The notes under the pieces were generated by a model that saw nothing but the letters and a program-made list of their open reading frames with translations, was not told where the DNA came from and searched no databases. Shown piece by piece: positions 28,058-38,709 of a stretch of DNA of 64,000 nt. This DNA comes from Patescibacteria group bacterium (GTDB lineage Bacteria; Patescibacteriota; Minisyncoccia; Phycocordibacterales; Phycocordibacteraceae), in assembly GCA_018826905.1 (NCBI GenBank), contig JAHJYC010000004.1:62674-126673 (forward strand). Direction: 5' to 3'. The position numbers and the translations under genes were made by a program. How positions within the stretch are numbered: the first letter of the stretch is position 1; each line of letters begins with the position of its first letter.

Positions 28058-28888
28058 GTGACCACTGACCCTCTTCCGCTAATTGGCGTTGTTGGCCCTA
28101 CAGCCTCTGGAAAGACCGCTCGTGCTATTGCTCTAGCTAAGGAGCACAACGGTGAGGTTATCTCCGTTGATTCAAGACAGGTGTACAGAATGCTTGATAT
28201 AGGAACTGAAAAGATATCGGTTTCTGAAATGCAGGGGATTCCCCATCATCTTATTGATATCTGTGATCCCCATGAGGTTTATAGTGCGGGTGACTTTGTG
28301 CGAGATGCAGAAAGATTAATTGAAGACATTCGTGCTCGCGGAAAGCGTCCCATTCTCGCAGGAGGGACGCACTTTTATTTTGACGCGCTTTTGTATGGAC
28401 TTCCTGAAGGAACACCAAGGAATGAGAAGTTACGGGAAGAACTTGAACAGCGTTCTCTCTCAGATCTAGTGGAAGAAGTCACACGACTTGATCCACGTCG
28501 TGCTGAAAGACTAGACCCGCAAAACAAAAGAAGGATTATTCGTGCGCTAGAAATCATTCATGACAGAGGCTCTGTTCCTCCACGTGAACGAGGAGAACCT
28601 GCGTACGATATTGAATGGGAGGTTTGCAACCCTGAACGAGACGTCCTTCGTGAGCGAATAGCAACAAGGCTTGTCTTGGCATTTGAACGAGGACTCATTG
28701 AAGAAGTTCGTGTGGTGCGTGCATATGTGGGAGACGAGCGCCTGAATGAGCTTGGCCTTGAGTACAAGATTGTTGGAGAATTCCTAAGAGAGGAGAGAAG
28801 CGAATCTTCTCTCCTCCCCATTCTCTCTTCAAAACTTTGGCATTATGCCCGCCACCAAAAGAGTTGGCTCCGTACGCTTGTTATCTGA
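28058..28888 (+). CDS. miaA: tRNA dimethylallyltransferase
   Basis: GPTASGKT P-loop, SVDSRQVYR, DxxQ region; start placed at GTG just upstream of the P-loop. Confidence 0.85.
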   Translation: MTTDPLPLIGVVGPTASGKTARAIALAKEHNGEVISVDSRQVYRMLDIGTEKISVSEMQGIPHHLIDICDPHEVYSAGDFVRDAERLIEDIRARGKRPILAGGTHFYFDALLYGLPEGTPRNEKLREELEQRSLSDLVEEVTRLDPRRAERLDPQNKRRIIRALEIIHDRGSVPPRERGEPAYDIEWEVCNPERDVLRERIATRLVLAFERGLIEEVRVVRAYVGDERLNELGLEYKIVGEFLREERSESSLLPILSSKLWHYARHQKSWLRTLVI

Positions 28889-29783
28889 GAGGACTACACA
28901 CTCCATTGCGTACCTCAATATCCCAGTGATCTGACTCGCGAGTGTAGGAATTGCCACACTTATCAATGTATATCGGGTCTCCGTTACTTCTGCTACCACC
29001 CGATCTAAGTCCTTGAAGAAAAGTGTTTACTTCATTACTTAGCGAGATATCAATCTTGTATCCGTTTGTGTGCCCAGAAGAATGCCCTGTCTCAGTCCCA
29101 CCGGTTACCTGCACCGTACAGTTACAGTTTTCCTTAACAGCCACAGCTTGGCGAACGGTTGCTTCATGCATTCCGTCTAGCGATGTACACCTTGGGTTTG
29201 ATTTATCTGAACAGTTTCCTGACGAAGAAACACCAATACCAGCAGCTTGCAGTATTGCTGCGGCTTGCGCGTGCGTCATACTCCCAGGTGTTCCTCCCCC
29301 TCCTCCGCCGCCTCCTCCTCCAGTCACCGGTCTTATAGTGTCAGCGAGAGGTTGTGTGTCTCTCTTTTGAATACAGTCATCACCTGTGCCTGTAAGAATA
29401 GTGTTCCAAGGCCCAAACTGTCCTCCGTACAGGGTCTTCATAACGAAGTCCACGATAAGCCACGCAGAAAGCACAATCATGATGCCTATAGCAGCATTTA
29501 TGAGCATCTTATTTGCAGTACTTCTGCTCTCTGGATTTGCTGAAGAGAATATATACAAAGCACCTCCCCACGCGATGATAATCGTCGCAACAATAATAGA
29601 GAGGGAAATCATGATGTTCATGACGTTCTGGATGAGTTGCATCACTCCCCCAAACCCGCACGGACACGCCTTACACATCTCAGGAACAATTGGGCCAAAG
29701 AAAGAGGCTTGCGCAGCAAAAGCAGTAACAGGGGTGACTGCTATAAAAACAAAGAAGACGAGAGAGATAAATAAATATTTCAT
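28881..29783 (-). CDS. VirB2/TrbC-like pilin module fused to a Cys-rich C-terminal domain with poly-Gly linker
   Basis: Signal peptide; LQLIQNVMN motif; two TM helices separated by a short polar loop; GGGGGGGGGG linker; 300 aa. Confidence 0.5.
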   Translation of the reverse strand: MKYLFISLVFFVFIAVTPVTAFAAQASFFGPIVPEMCKACPCGFGGVMQLIQNVMNIMISLSIIVATIIIAWGGALYIFSSANPESRSTANKMLINAAIGIMIVLSAWLIVDFVMKTLYGGQFGPWNTILTGTGDDCIQKRDTQPLADTIRPVTGGGGGGGGGGTPGSMTHAQAAAILQAAGIGVSSSGNCSDKSNPRCTSLDGMHEATVRQAVAVKENCNCTVQVTGGTETGHSSGHTNGYKIDISLSNEVNTFLQGLRSGGSRSNGDPIYIDKCGNSYTRESDHWDIEVRNGVCSPLR

Positions 29784-29786
29784 GTG

Positions 29787-30359
29787 TTACGGAAGTCTAA
29801 CTGATTGAGGGCATGCACTAAATCCAACAGTACCATCTGCAAAACGATCATTTATCCAGTACGGGACGCCTACATAGGCATTCAAGAGACACAAACTTTC
29901 TCTAGACACTCCGAGACGCTCTATAAGAAAGGTCTCTGCTGCAAGCCGAGATTCGTTTAGAGGCTCCTTTAGAAGGACAACAGTAAAGAACTGTTTCTGT
30001 GAATCGTAAGAAATTGAAAACCGGTCAGAGCTTGCTCCCTGCGGGCAAGTGCCGTCAGCAAGACAGTAGCCCAGGTCTCCCGCAAGAACATAATTGCCAG
30101 GATTCACTGGATCGCTCACCGTCTCTCCGTTATGAATAAAGTCATTCACCTGTAGTTCTCCTTCTCCTGTAGAAAGGGTCGTACTCTCAGTTGTGGTGAA
30201 GCTTGAAGGAAAGAGTCCTTCTGTTGGAAGGAGCTGTGTATCGTTAGGATTCTCAGTACTTGAAGTACCTGTTATGGCGATGAACGCGACAACGAGAACA
30301 ATAAGGACAGCAAGTCCAAGGAGTACGGAGGCAAGAATGAGTACTGTGCGATTTTTCAT
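29787..30359 (-). CDS. membrane-anchored hypothetical protein (Thr/Ser-rich)
   Basis: N-terminal TM helix; no recognised domain. Confidence 0.45.
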   Translation of the reverse strand: MKNRTVLILASVLLGLAVLIVLVVAFIAITGTSSTENPNDTQLLPTEGLFPSSFTTTESTTLSTGEGELQVNDFIHNGETVSDPVNPGNYVLAGDLGYCLADGTCPQGASSDRFSISYDSQKQFFTVVLLKEPLNESRLAAETFLIERLGVSRESLCLLNAYVGVPYWINDRFADGTVGFSACPQSVRLP

Positions 30360-30368
30360 ATAGTCATA

Positions 30369-31418
30369 TTACCCTCCAGAGAAGCGTGCGACACATGCTT
30401 TCTGTGCAGTACTGCGCGGATCAGCTGTCCAATCACTAAAACTTGGACGTTCCTTTAAGAGACACGCCGCAGCAGAAACATTACACGTTAAGTTGGCTGC
30501 AGCAGCACGACAGACACGAGCAAGCTCTTCCATTCCTGCCTTTACTCTCCCGCCACTAAACGCAGTTGAGCAGTTAAGGTTTCCGGTTCCTGTCCACCCG
30601 GCGCTTTTTGCTGCCTGTGTGCACACAGGGATATTAAGGTTATGACACTTGTCGTTATACCCCATAACTATCTGGAACATACCGTGTGCTGTTGTTGGTC
30701 TTCCATCAACTGTACGTGCACCCGAAATGTTTGTGCCGCAAGAGCTTTCTGGCTTTGCAATACAGGAGAGTGTGTTTGCTTGTGCTTGTGTAATACGATA
30801 CCCGCCTGCAGCAGCTGCACTCAAAATTGTTGAGGGCGCGCAGTTCCCATACCCAACACTCGCAGGGCCTCCAGCGTATCCCCCAGAACCCCCTGGAACT
30901 TGCGTGATGCCTGTAGCAAGGCCCGGAGGTGCTTCGTCAGGCGCAGTGATGCAGAAATCTCCTCCTACAAGGATGGTGTTCCATGGACCAAACCCTGCAG
31001 TATCTCCGTCATACAGAGTCTTCATAACGAAGTCCACGATAATCCAGCCAGAGAGCATAATCAGGAATCCTACAACTGCATTCGTAAGCATCTTCTTTGC
31101 TTGCGAATGATTCTCAGGGTTTGTTGAGGTAAGTATCCAGAGCACACCTGAGAACATGATAACGAGTACGAAAATAACAATACCCAAAGACACAGCTCCA
31201 TTCATGACGTTCTGAATAAGCTGGAGTGTGCCTGCAAAACCTAGAGGAGCTCCTGGAGAGCAGCTCTCGTCTAACTCTGAAGGATCAGGAACTAAGTGCC
31301 AGTCGGGGTCTAGAAGAGGCAGATTTGCGGCTTCTGCTGCTACAGGGAGCGATCCCATAAAAAGCACGAAGAGAAGGAGCAGGGCAAGGTGCCTATTCAT
31401 AGAATCATTGTATAGCAA
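30369..31418 (-). CDS. VirB2/TrbC-like pilin module fused to a lytic-transglycosylase (SLT)-like C-terminal domain
   Basis: N-terminus paralogous to the 28881 gene (LQLIQNVMN, GFGPWNTIL); C-terminal KPESS...GA...GMFQI resembles the ES...GA.GLMQ SLT motif. Confidence 0.5.
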   Translation of the reverse strand: MLYNDSMNRHLALLLLFVLFMGSLPVAAEAANLPLLDPDWHLVPDPSELDESCSPGAPLGFAGTLQLIQNVMNGAVSLGIVIFVLVIMFSGVLWILTSTNPENHSQAKKMLTNAVVGFLIMLSGWIIVDFVMKTLYDGDTAGFGPWNTILVGGDFCITAPDEAPPGLATGITQVPGGSGGYAGGPASVGYGNCAPSTILSAAAAGGYRITQAQANTLSCIAKPESSCGTNISGARTVDGRPTTAHGMFQIVMGYNDKCHNLNIPVCTQAAKSAGWTGTGNLNCSTAFSGGRVKAGMEELARVCRAAAANLTCNVSAAACLLKERPSFSDWTADPRSTAQKACVARFSGG

Positions 31419-31478
31419 CGCTCACGTCCTCTGCTTCTTTTCCCACACCCCAGAGTCTGGTATCGTGTCAACTGAAGG

Positions 31479-31551
31479 GCCTATAGTTTAATGGTAGAAC
31501 GTCGGTCTCCAAAACCGTCGGCCGAGGTTCGATTCCTCGTGGGCCCGCTGA
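31479..31551 (+). tRNA. tRNA-Trp (anticodon CCA)
   Basis: Anticodon loop CUCCAAA, T-loop GGTTCGATTCC; close to the E. coli tRNA-Trp anticodon arm. Confidence 0.7.
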
Positions 31552-31602
31552 CAAATTATCCAAATAGCGTATACTCCTGCCCAGACGAGGAGGAGCTCGC
31601 AA

Positions 31603-31812
31603 ATGCGATACCGATGGAACGCTGCCTGCCAATTCAACAACGTATTCATGCAGGAGCATGGCTCACGCGCAGAGGTTGCAGTAATTGCCGAAAACCAGAC
31701 GAGTGCTGAAAGACTCGCCAAGCTGGAAGTCTGTCACAAGCTCGGCATCTCAACCATGATGCATGGCGGAGTGAAGATCATAAGCATCAACAATATGGGC
31801 CGTGCACGATAG
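31603..31812 (+). CDS. small hypothetical protein
   Basis: GGAGGAG SD 7 nt upstream of ATG; followed by hairpin terminator. Confidence 0.45.
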   Translation: MRYRWNAACQFNNVFMQEHGSRAEVAVIAENQTSAERLAKLEVCHKLGISTMMHGGVKIISINNMGRAR

Positions 31813-31814
31813 AA

Positions 31815-31856
31815 CCCACCAGAGAACACTACTCTCCCTGGTGGGGTTTTTCTTTT
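31815..31856 (+). terminator. Rho-independent terminator (CCCACCAG...CTGGTGGG plus T-run)
   Basis: 8-bp stem followed by TTTTTCTTTT. Confidence 0.65.
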
Positions 31857-31860
31857 AAAC

Positions 31861-31892
31861 GAGATAAAGAAGAAACCGCCCTCTCGGGCGGC
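31861..31892 (-). terminator. Rho-independent terminator for rpmG (CCGCCC-TCTC-GGGCGG plus T-run on minus)
   Basis: Hairpin plus T-run in the minus orientation, right after the rpmG stop. Confidence 0.6.
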
Positions 31893-31898
31893 TTTTCC

Positions 31899-32051
31899 TT
31901 ACTTCTTCACTTCCTTGTAGATTTCGCGTGTGCGAGTGTTTGGATCAAACTTCTTAAGTTCAATCTTTCGCTCTACTTTCTTCTTATTCTTACGAGAGCG
32001 GCGGACGTGTCCTGACGCTGAGCGCAATATGATGAGGCGATCCTGTGACAT
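31899..32051 (-). CDS. rpmG: 50S ribosomal protein L33
   Basis: KIELKKFDPNTRTREIYKEVKK matches L33 C-terminus (KLELRKFDP...IYKEAK); start at internal Met. Confidence 0.8.
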   Translation of the reverse strand: MSQDRLIILRSASGHVRRSRKNKKKVERKIELKKFDPNTRTREIYKEVKK

Positions 32052-32082
32052 AGATAGGAGGACTATAGCAGTAGACCAGAGA

Positions 32083-34755
32083 CTATGCAACGGCCTTAGC
32101 CTTGGCTCGTGTACGCTTTGGGGCCTTAGCCACCTCAAAGACTGGCTCCCCATTCTTAAGCGTTACAGATACGGCTCCCCCTTCCATAATTCCCTTTCCA
32201 ACCATAATAGAAGCAATAGGGGTGAGAATGTGGTCCTGAATAGCGCGTTTCAATGGACGAGCACCGTACTGCGGATTATATCCTTTCTCAGCAAGCCAGG
32301 TCCGCACCTCTGGGGCGATGGTTAGCGTAATACGCTTAGTTGAGAGGCGCTCTACAATCTCAGCTACTTGGTTCTCAATAATTTGTGCAAGAGTGTCCTT
32401 TCCAAGAACATCAAACATAACGATGTCATCAAGTCGGTTCAGGAATTCCGGACGGAAGTGATCCTTCAGTGCTCCCATCACCTTCTCTTTCACCTGTGCG
32501 TATTGCGCAGTATCGTCAGCACCATCAATGTTGAATCCAATGTTCGCCATGCGATCAATGTACTCAGCACCAATGTTAGAGGTAAGGACAATTATGGTGT
32601 TCTTAAAGTTCACCTTGCGTCCCTTTCCGTCAGTTAAGTGTCCTGAATCAAGCACTTGCAAGAGAATATTGAATACTTCAGGATGCGCCTTCTCAATCTC
32701 GTCAAAAAGCACAACAGCATATGGACGATGACGAATGCGCTCCGTGAGCGATCCTGCCTCTTCGTAGCCAACATACCCAGGAGGAGCTCCAATAAGCTTT
32801 GCTATAGAGTGCTTCTCCATAAACTCACTCATATCAACACGCACAAGCGATTCCTTGTCGTTAAACATGAACTCAGCAAGCTTGCGCGAGAGCTCTGTCT
32901 TTCCTACTCCCGTAGGACCAAGGAACAGGAATGAGCCAATAGGGCGGTGCGGATCAGAGATTCCAACACGAGAACGCTTCACTGAATCAGTGATGATCTT
33001 AACGGCAGCGTCCTGTCCGATAACAGCACCCTTTAGGGCCTCTTCCATGCGAGCAAGCTTTGCGGCTTCCTCTTCAAGCATCTTAGACACTGGGATTCCC
33101 GTCCATCGTGCAACCACACCTGCAATCTCTTGTTCTGTTACTTCCTCGTGAAGAATGCGACGAGACTTCTGAAGCGTCTTCAGTCTCTTTGACTTAGCTT
33201 CCAAGTCCTTCTCAAGAACAGGAATACGTCCGTACCGAATCTCTGCAGCAGTTCCTAGGTCTGCCATAGCTTCAGCACTATCGGCCTGCTGACGTAATTT
33301 ATCCAACTCAGACTTAATCTTTCTGATAGCTTCAACTACCTCCTTCTCGTTCTTCCACTTAAGCTCAAGCTCTGAGGTCTTCTCCTTAAGATCTGCCACC
33401 TCAGCATCTATAGCCTTCAGACGATCCTTCACGTCTTTAGCGTGCCCTGTCTCTTCATCTTTCTTAAGAGCCTCTCGCTCAATTTCAAGACGACGAATCT
33501 TTCTATCTGTCTCTTCAAGTTGCGGAGGTTTATTCTCAAGCGCAATGCGAAGCCCTGACGCAGCTTCATCAATAAGGTCCACTGCCTTATCTGGAAGGAA
33601 GCGGTCTGTTATGTAGCGGGATGATAATTCAACCGCTGAAACAACCGCTCCGTCTGTAATACGCACTCCATGGAAGAGTTCGTACCTGTCACGAAGCCCA
33701 CGTAATATAGCTACAGCATCCTCAAAGGAAGGTTCTTCAACAAAGACCGGCTGGAAACGACGAGTGAGTGCTCCATCTTTTTCAATATGTTGCTGATATT
33801 CCTTAATCGTTGTTGCGCCAATCATACGCACCTCTCCACGTGCGAGTGCTGGCTTTAGCATGTTACTCGCATCCATCGCGCCTTCAGCAGCGCCAGCCCC
33901 AACAATTGTGTGAAGCTCATCAACGAAGAGGATGACTTTCCCGTCAGACTTCTCTACCTCCTTCATTACCCCCTTCATGCGCTCCTCAAACTCTCCTCTG
34001 TACTTTGTTCCTGCAATCATAAGACCAAGGTCTAGAGAAAGAAGCTCCTTTCCTTTAAGAGATTCAGGGACATCTCCCGCAGCAATACGGCACGCAAGAC
34101 CCTCTGCAATTGTTGTCTTTCCTGTTCCCGGCTCTCCGATAAGAACTGGATTGTTCTTTGTTCTGCGTGAAAGAATCTGAATAACACGACTAATCTCCTG
34201 GTCGCGTCCGATTACGGGGTCAAGCGCATTGTCAAAAGCGAGCTTCGTTAGGTTGCGAGTGTACTTTGAAAGCGCACGGAACTTCTTTGGTTCGTGTACT
34301 TCTCCATCTTTTGCGTTCTTCAATTCCTTCAACGTTGCCAGTACTACCTCAGCATCAATGCGGAATCGGGCGAGGAGATCTCCAGTGGCTCCAGGATGCT
34401 CCAAAACCGCTACAAAAAGATGTTCCGTTCCAATGAATGAATCATTCATTCGTGCTGCTACTTTTGCAGCTGCTTCTATAGCTTGAGCTAAGTCAGGAGT
34501 GAGATACAAGTTGTATGAAGGAGAAAGTGTTGCAGAAGGCTCTGGCATCTCAAGCGCCTCAAGAAGCGTGTCTGCAAGTAGGATGGTATCCACGTCCAAC
34601 CGATCAAGTACAGAGAACACGAGGCTCTCTTCCTGGTGTATGAGAGCCGTAAGAAGGTGCAAGGGACTCACATGGTTTTGTCCTCGCTCAATAGCAAGCT
34701 CATGTGCTTTCTTGATTGCTTCCTTTGCTTTTGTGGTGAAGTTCTTGAATGGTGG
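32083..34755 (-). CDS. clpB: ATP-dependent chaperone ClpB
   Basis: Two AAA+ modules ([16 protein letters not shown]), long coiled-coil M-domain, Clp N-domain. Confidence 0.92.
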   Translation of the reverse strand, partial: PPFKNFTTKAKEAIKKAHELAIERGQNHVSPLHLLTALIHQEESLVFSVLDRLDVDTILLADTLLEALEMPEPSATLSPSYNLYLTPDLAQAIEAAAKVAARMNDSFIGTEHLFVAVLEHPGATGDLLARFRIDAEVVLATLKELKNAKDGEVHEPKKFRALSKYTRNLTKLAFDNALDPVIGRDQEISRVIQILSRRTKNNPVLIGEPGTGKTTIAEGLACRIAAGDVPESLKGKELLSLDLGLMIAGTKYRGEFEERMKGVMKEVEKSDGKVILFVDELHTIVGAGAAEGAMDASNMLKPALARGEVRMIGATTIKEYQQHIEKDGALTRRFQPVFVEEPSFEDAVAILRGLRDRYELFHGVRITDGAVVSAVELSSRYITDRFLPDKAVDLIDEAASGLRIALENKPPQLEETDRKIRRLEIEREALKKDEETGHAKDVKDRLKAIDAEVADLKEKTSELELKWKNEKEVVEAIRKIKSELDKLRQQADSAEAMADLGTAAEIRYGRIPVLEKDLEAKSKRLKTLQKSRRILHEEVTEQEIAGVVARWTGIPVSKMLEEEAAKLARMEEALKGAVIGQDAAVKIITDSVKRSRVGISDPHRPIGSFLFLGPTGVGKTELSRKLAEFMFNDKESLVRVDMSEFMEKHSIAKLIGAPPGYVGYEEAGSLTERIRHRPYAVVLFDEIEKAHPEVFNILLQVLDSGHLTDGKGRKVNFKNTIIVLTSNIGAEYIDRMANIGFNIDGADDTAQYAQVKEKVMGALKDHFRPEFLNRLDDIVMFDVLGKDTLAQIIENQVAEIVERLSTKRITLTIAPEVRTWLAEKGYNPQYGARPLKRAIQDHILTPIASIMVGKGIMEGGAVSVTLKNGEPVFEVAKAPKRTRAKAKAVA

Positions 34756-34804
34756 CATAGAGAGTGTATACGCTACTAGTAATGACGAATGAATGAGTTT
34801 TCTA

Positions 34805-35557
34805 TTACAGATCTTCTGCGGTGAGAAGGGTGGAAATCTTATCTGCTGGAGCAAAGAGTCCTGGGACACTTGTTGCGATACCAATGACATCTCCTGAGAT
34901 GTTCACCGCCGCAGCACCAGCTGGAACACCCGTTACGTTTGAACGAATTCCGTCTGCATCAATCTTTGAGATTATGCCAGTTATAGCGCTATTGTCGCGC
35001 GTGAGTGCAATAAGCGTCTGGCCTTGCTTCAATTCTGCTGAAGGAATCAAATCTGGAACTGGTCCGCTCGGAAGTACTTGGCTATCAGAGAAACCGTAGA
35101 CCGTAAGTGTTGCTCCTGGTTTTGAGAGTGATGCCTCAACAGTCGTTCCGTCTGGGAATGAAATAGTTGCTTCCTTCGGGAGCCCTACTGCAGTTGCGGT
35201 AACAACTGCACGAGAATTAGACAGGTAGGTCCCCACCGCAAGAACAGGGGTGGTGGTAGCTCCCTTGCGGATATATACCGTGCGCGCAGCATTTGCACTG
35301 ATCGCTGCCGCCATAAGATCTTCGTTCTTGATCACCACCGTAGTTTCCTTCGTTACAATTCCAGGAATTGGTGCTGCTTGTGCTGCCTGCTCCACTGTTC
35401 TCTCTACAATTCTATTTACCGTCTGGGTCACTGTCGGCGGAGCCTGGTCTAGCAAAGAGACCGTCATAACGGCTGTCGCTATAGCCGTTACAAAGTTAAC
35501 CAGAATGGTAAGTAGGAGCAACTGTGTTTTTGAGAGATCCTCTATATTCATATGCAA
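34805..35557 (-). CDS. membrane-anchored trypsin-like (HtrA-fold) protein, probably catalytically inactive (Ser to Ala)
   Basis: [18 protein letters not shown] aligns to HtrA GNSGGALVN..G.LIGIN with Ala at the nucleophile position. Confidence 0.45.
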   Translation of the reverse strand: MHMNIEDLSKTQLLLLTILVNFVTAIATAVMTVSLLDQAPPTVTQTVNRIVERTVEQAAQAAPIPGIVTKETTVVIKNEDLMAAAISANAARTVYIRKGATTTPVLAVGTYLSNSRAVVTATAVGLPKEATISFPDGTTVEASLSKPGATLTVYGFSDSQVLPSGPVPDLIPSAELKQGQTLIALTRDNSAITGIISKIDADGIRSNVTGVPAGAAAVNISGDVIGIATSVPGLFAPADKISTLLTAEDL

Positions 35558-35559
35558 AA

Positions 35560-36720
35560 TTATACCCTGTTCTCCCGTACGAATCTAACCGCAGGGACAA
35601 GTGCCCTGCTGAAGAGCTCCAGCTCATTGTTCTTAGTGCTAGGGCCCCAAGAAATACGAAGTGTGCTCGCTGCCCGTTCCGCATCACCCGTAACTAATTC
35701 AACAACTCTTGAGCCAAGCGCTTCTGTTTCGCACGCGCTCTTTGTAGAAACAGCAAATCCATCTTCGTCTAAAAGTGCAACAAGGTAGTCAGTGTCCACT
35801 CCGGAAAGTGAGATATTAAGAATGTGCATTGCCTGTTCCTTCCCCTCGTTTATAAGCACATCAGGAATAGCGTCTTGAATCCTTTTTAGGAGTAGTGCTC
35901 TTTGAGAGGATGCTGTTTGTGCAAACTCCTTCCAACTGCATCCCTCAAGCGCAGTTGCGAATGCGTGTGCAAGCGCCGGTGATTCTGTACCAGGGCGAAT
36001 CCCTTGCTCCTGGCCTCCGCCGCGAATAAGCGGAGCAAGTGTATTTGGCCTTGGAATTATAAGTACTCCAATACCCCGTACTCCTCCAACCTTCTGCGCA
36101 TCAAGTGAAAGAGAGTCTGCACCAAGACGGGTGAGTTCTATAGATTCCTCAAATGGTGCCTGAGTGGCATCAACATGAAGGTGCGCCTGTATGCCTGCCG
36201 TTTCCAGTGCTCTCTTTAAGTCTCGCACTGCATAGCGCGTTCCTGTCTCCCCGCACACTAACTCTGTTGCAATAAGAACAGTTGCGGGACGTACAAGCTT
36301 CTTTGTCTTCTCAATGTCTATTGCGAAGTCTTTAAGGGGAAGTGGTTCGCACACAACTCCCTTCTCCTTTAGAAATTTAATAGCACCCTGCGTAGAGGAG
36401 TGCGCAGTTTCCAGATACAACACATGCATATCTGAAGGAGAAATGCCTGTACTAAGTTTCTTTTCTAGGTATCCCTGTATAGCAAGCGCGTTGGCTTCAG
36501 TAGCGCCCGCAGTAAAGAGAACAGCATCACTTTTAACTGAAGCAAGACGAGCAATACGGGTGCGCGCGTCATTTAGAAGCTCTCTAGCCTGAAGTCCCTC
36601 AGCATGAGGAGAGGAAGGGTTCCCATACAGACGCACTCCCTCATGAAAAGCGGCGAGGGCATTTTGAGAAATAGGGGCACTCGCTGCCCAATCCAAATAG
36701 GTTCTTCTTTTAGAAAACAT
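35560..36720 (-). CDS. class V aminotransferase, cysteine desulfurase (IscS/NifS)-like
   Basis: N-terminal YLDWAASAP...NPSSPH pattern; PLP-Lys region SLDAQKVGGVRGIGVL. Confidence 0.65.
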   Translation of the reverse strand: MFSKRRTYLDWAASAPISQNALAAFHEGVRLYGNPSSPHAEGLQARELLNDARTRIARLASVKSDAVLFTAGATEANALAIQGYLEKKLSTGISPSDMHVLYLETAHSSTQGAIKFLKEKGVVCEPLPLKDFAIDIEKTKKLVRPATVLIATELVCGETGTRYAVRDLKRALETAGIQAHLHVDATQAPFEESIELTRLGADSLSLDAQKVGGVRGIGVLIIPRPNTLAPLIRGGGQEQGIRPGTESPALAHAFATALEGCSWKEFAQTASSQRALLLKRIQDAIPDVLINEGKEQAMHILNISLSGVDTDYLVALLDEDGFAVSTKSACETEALGSRVVELVTGDAERAASTLRISWGPSTKNNELELFSRALVPAVRFVRENRV

Positions 36721-36780
36721 AGGTACAGCGTGCAGTCTTCATTGCAATTATGCAAGTAAAATGGTCTACTGAGGCCAGTT

Positions 36781-38262
36781 ATGGAGCGAACAACCCGACC
36801 ACCAATCGTGGCCGTTATGGGCCACATCGATCACGGAAAGTCTTCCCTGCTTGATTATATCCGCAAAACCAATGTCACCGCTGACGAGGCAGGGGGTATT
36901 ACCCAACATGTCTCAGCGTATGAGGCGTCTCATGAATACGAGGGAGACGTCCGTCGTATTACTTTCCTTGATACTCCAGGACACGAAGCTTTCCGTGCAC
37001 TTCGTGCTCGTGGTGCACAAGCTGCTGACATCGCAATCCTTGTCATTGCAGCTGAGGAAGGGGTGAAGCCACAAACACTTGAAGCGTTTGAAGCCATTAC
37101 AGAGGCAGGTACTCCCTTTGTTGTTGCCTTCACAAAGATAGATAAGTCCGGTGCTGATGTTGAGAAGGCAAAGGTGTCAGCACTTGAAAACGGTATTTAT
37201 CTTGAAGGACTTGGAGGATCAGTTGCCTACACAGGAGTCTCCTCAAAATCTGGAGACGGTATCCCTGAACTTCTTGACCTGGTGCTTCTAACTGCAGACC
37301 TTGCAGAATTAACTGCAGACACCTCAGGACTAGCTACGGGCTATGTGTTGGAGTCTTCACAAGACCCAAAGCGTGGCATGTCGGCAACACTGATCGTTAA
37401 AGACGGAACTATGGAGACAGGATCCTTCGCTGTTGCAGGAACTGCTATTGCTCCTATTCGTTTTATTGAAGACTTCAGTGGAGCACGTATACAGACTGCT
37501 ACTGCGTCTCAACCAGTTCGTATTTCAGGATGGAGTGGTCTTCCCCCTGCAGGAACTCCGTTTGTAGTTGCAAAGACTAAGAAGGATGCGGAGAAGCTTG
37601 CAGCTGAAGCAGAACAGGCTCCGCTACGCGCACAAGCTGAAGCGACTGAAACCGGGGTGGTAACGCTTCCGCTTGTAGTAAAGACTGATGTAACAGGAAG
37701 CGTACTTGCTATCAAACATGAACTTGCAAAGATCACCCATGAGCGCGTCGTTATCCGGATTATCCAGGAAGGCATTGGTGCGGTGTCCGAGAACGATATG
37801 AAAGTAGCGCAAGCATCAGGCGGGACCGTTATCGCCTTTAACGTAGGGACTGATAGCGCTGCAAGAGACTTTGCAGAACGCACTGGCATTGAGATTGGCA
37901 CTTTCACAATTATCTATGAGCTCAAAGAGCATGTAGAGAGACTCGTTGCTGCTCGTGCTCCTCGCGTAACAGTTGAGGAAATACTTGGAGAAGCAAAAGT
38001 ACTTAAGGCATTTAATACATCAGGTACAAAGCAGGTGCTCGGGGGACGCTGGATCTCTGGCGTACTTTCAGTTGGAGACACGGTCAAGATAGATCGTCGT
38101 GGTATTCATGTTGGGAATGCGAAACTTGTTAATCTGCAGGTTGCGCGAGTTGATGTCTCTGAAATTAAGATGGAGGGAGAGTTTGGTATGCAGGTTGAAG
38201 GAAGGTACGAAGCCGCTGGAGGAGATACCCTTATTGCCTTTAAGATGACTGAGACAAAATAA
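36781..38262 (+). CDS. infB: translation initiation factor IF-2 (short form)
   Basis: G-domain [25 protein letters not shown]; followed by rbfA. Confidence 0.88.
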   Translation: MERTTRPPIVAVMGHIDHGKSSLLDYIRKTNVTADEAGGITQHVSAYEASHEYEGDVRRITFLDTPGHEAFRALRARGAQAADIAILVIAAEEGVKPQTLEAFEAITEAGTPFVVAFTKIDKSGADVEKAKVSALENGIYLEGLGGSVAYTGVSSKSGDGIPELLDLVLLTADLAELTADTSGLATGYVLESSQDPKRGMSATLIVKDGTMETGSFAVAGTAIAPIRFIEDFSGARIQTATASQPVRISGWSGLPPAGTPFVVAKTKKDAEKLAAEAEQAPLRAQAEATETGVVTLPLVVKTDVTGSVLAIKHELAKITHERVVIRIIQEGIGAVSENDMKVAQASGGTVIAFNVGTDSAARDFAERTGIEIGTFTIIYELKEHVERLVAARAPRVTVEEILGEAKVLKAFNTSGTKQVLGGRWISGVLSVGDTVKIDRRGIHVGNAKLVNLQVARVDVSEIKMEGEFGMQVEGRYEAAGGDTLIAFKMTETK

Positions 38263-38263
38263 T

Positions 38264-38587
38264 ATGGCTGCACGAGACGAACGAGCGGTATCAATACTTC
38301 TAGAGAGCGCAGGGCGGTATATTTCTCGTGAAGCAGGACGCGACACCCTTATCACCCCTACACGAGCGGATTTCTCAAAGGATCGCAAGAATGCAACCAT
38401 TTATGTATCAGTATTCCCTGATGCTGAAGAGGGGCACGCCATTAACTTCCTCATGCGACACAAGGACTTGTTCCGTAATGAGCTCAAAAAGACAACGAGA
38501 TTCTCTCGTCTTCCCTTCATTCGTTTTGAAATAGACCAAGGAGAAAAGAGCCGTAGACACCTAGACGATATCTCCGAGGGTGTGTAG
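38264..38587 (+). CDS. rbfA: ribosome-binding factor A
   Basis: Conserved infB-rbfA linkage; RbfA size and KH-like motif region. Confidence 0.7.
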   Translation: MAARDERAVSILLESAGRYISREAGRDTLITPTRADFSKDRKNATIYVSVFPDAEEGHAINFLMRHKDLFRNELKKTTRFSRLPFIRFEIDQGEKSRRHLDDISEGV

Positions 38588-38621
38588 CCTCAGAGCTCGC
38601 TCCACGGTAGTATTCAACGTA

Positions 38622-38693
38622 GGCCTGATGGTGAAGTGGTAACACGGCGGTCTGCAAAACCGCTATGCGTGGGTTCGATTCCCACTCAGGCCT
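38622..38693 (+). tRNA. tRNA-Cys (anticodon GCA)
   Basis: Anticodon stem GCGGU/ACCGC, loop CUGCAAA; acceptor GGCCTGA/TCAGGCC. Confidence 0.7.
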
Positions 38694-38709
38694 CCTGTGC
38701 GATACCGTT

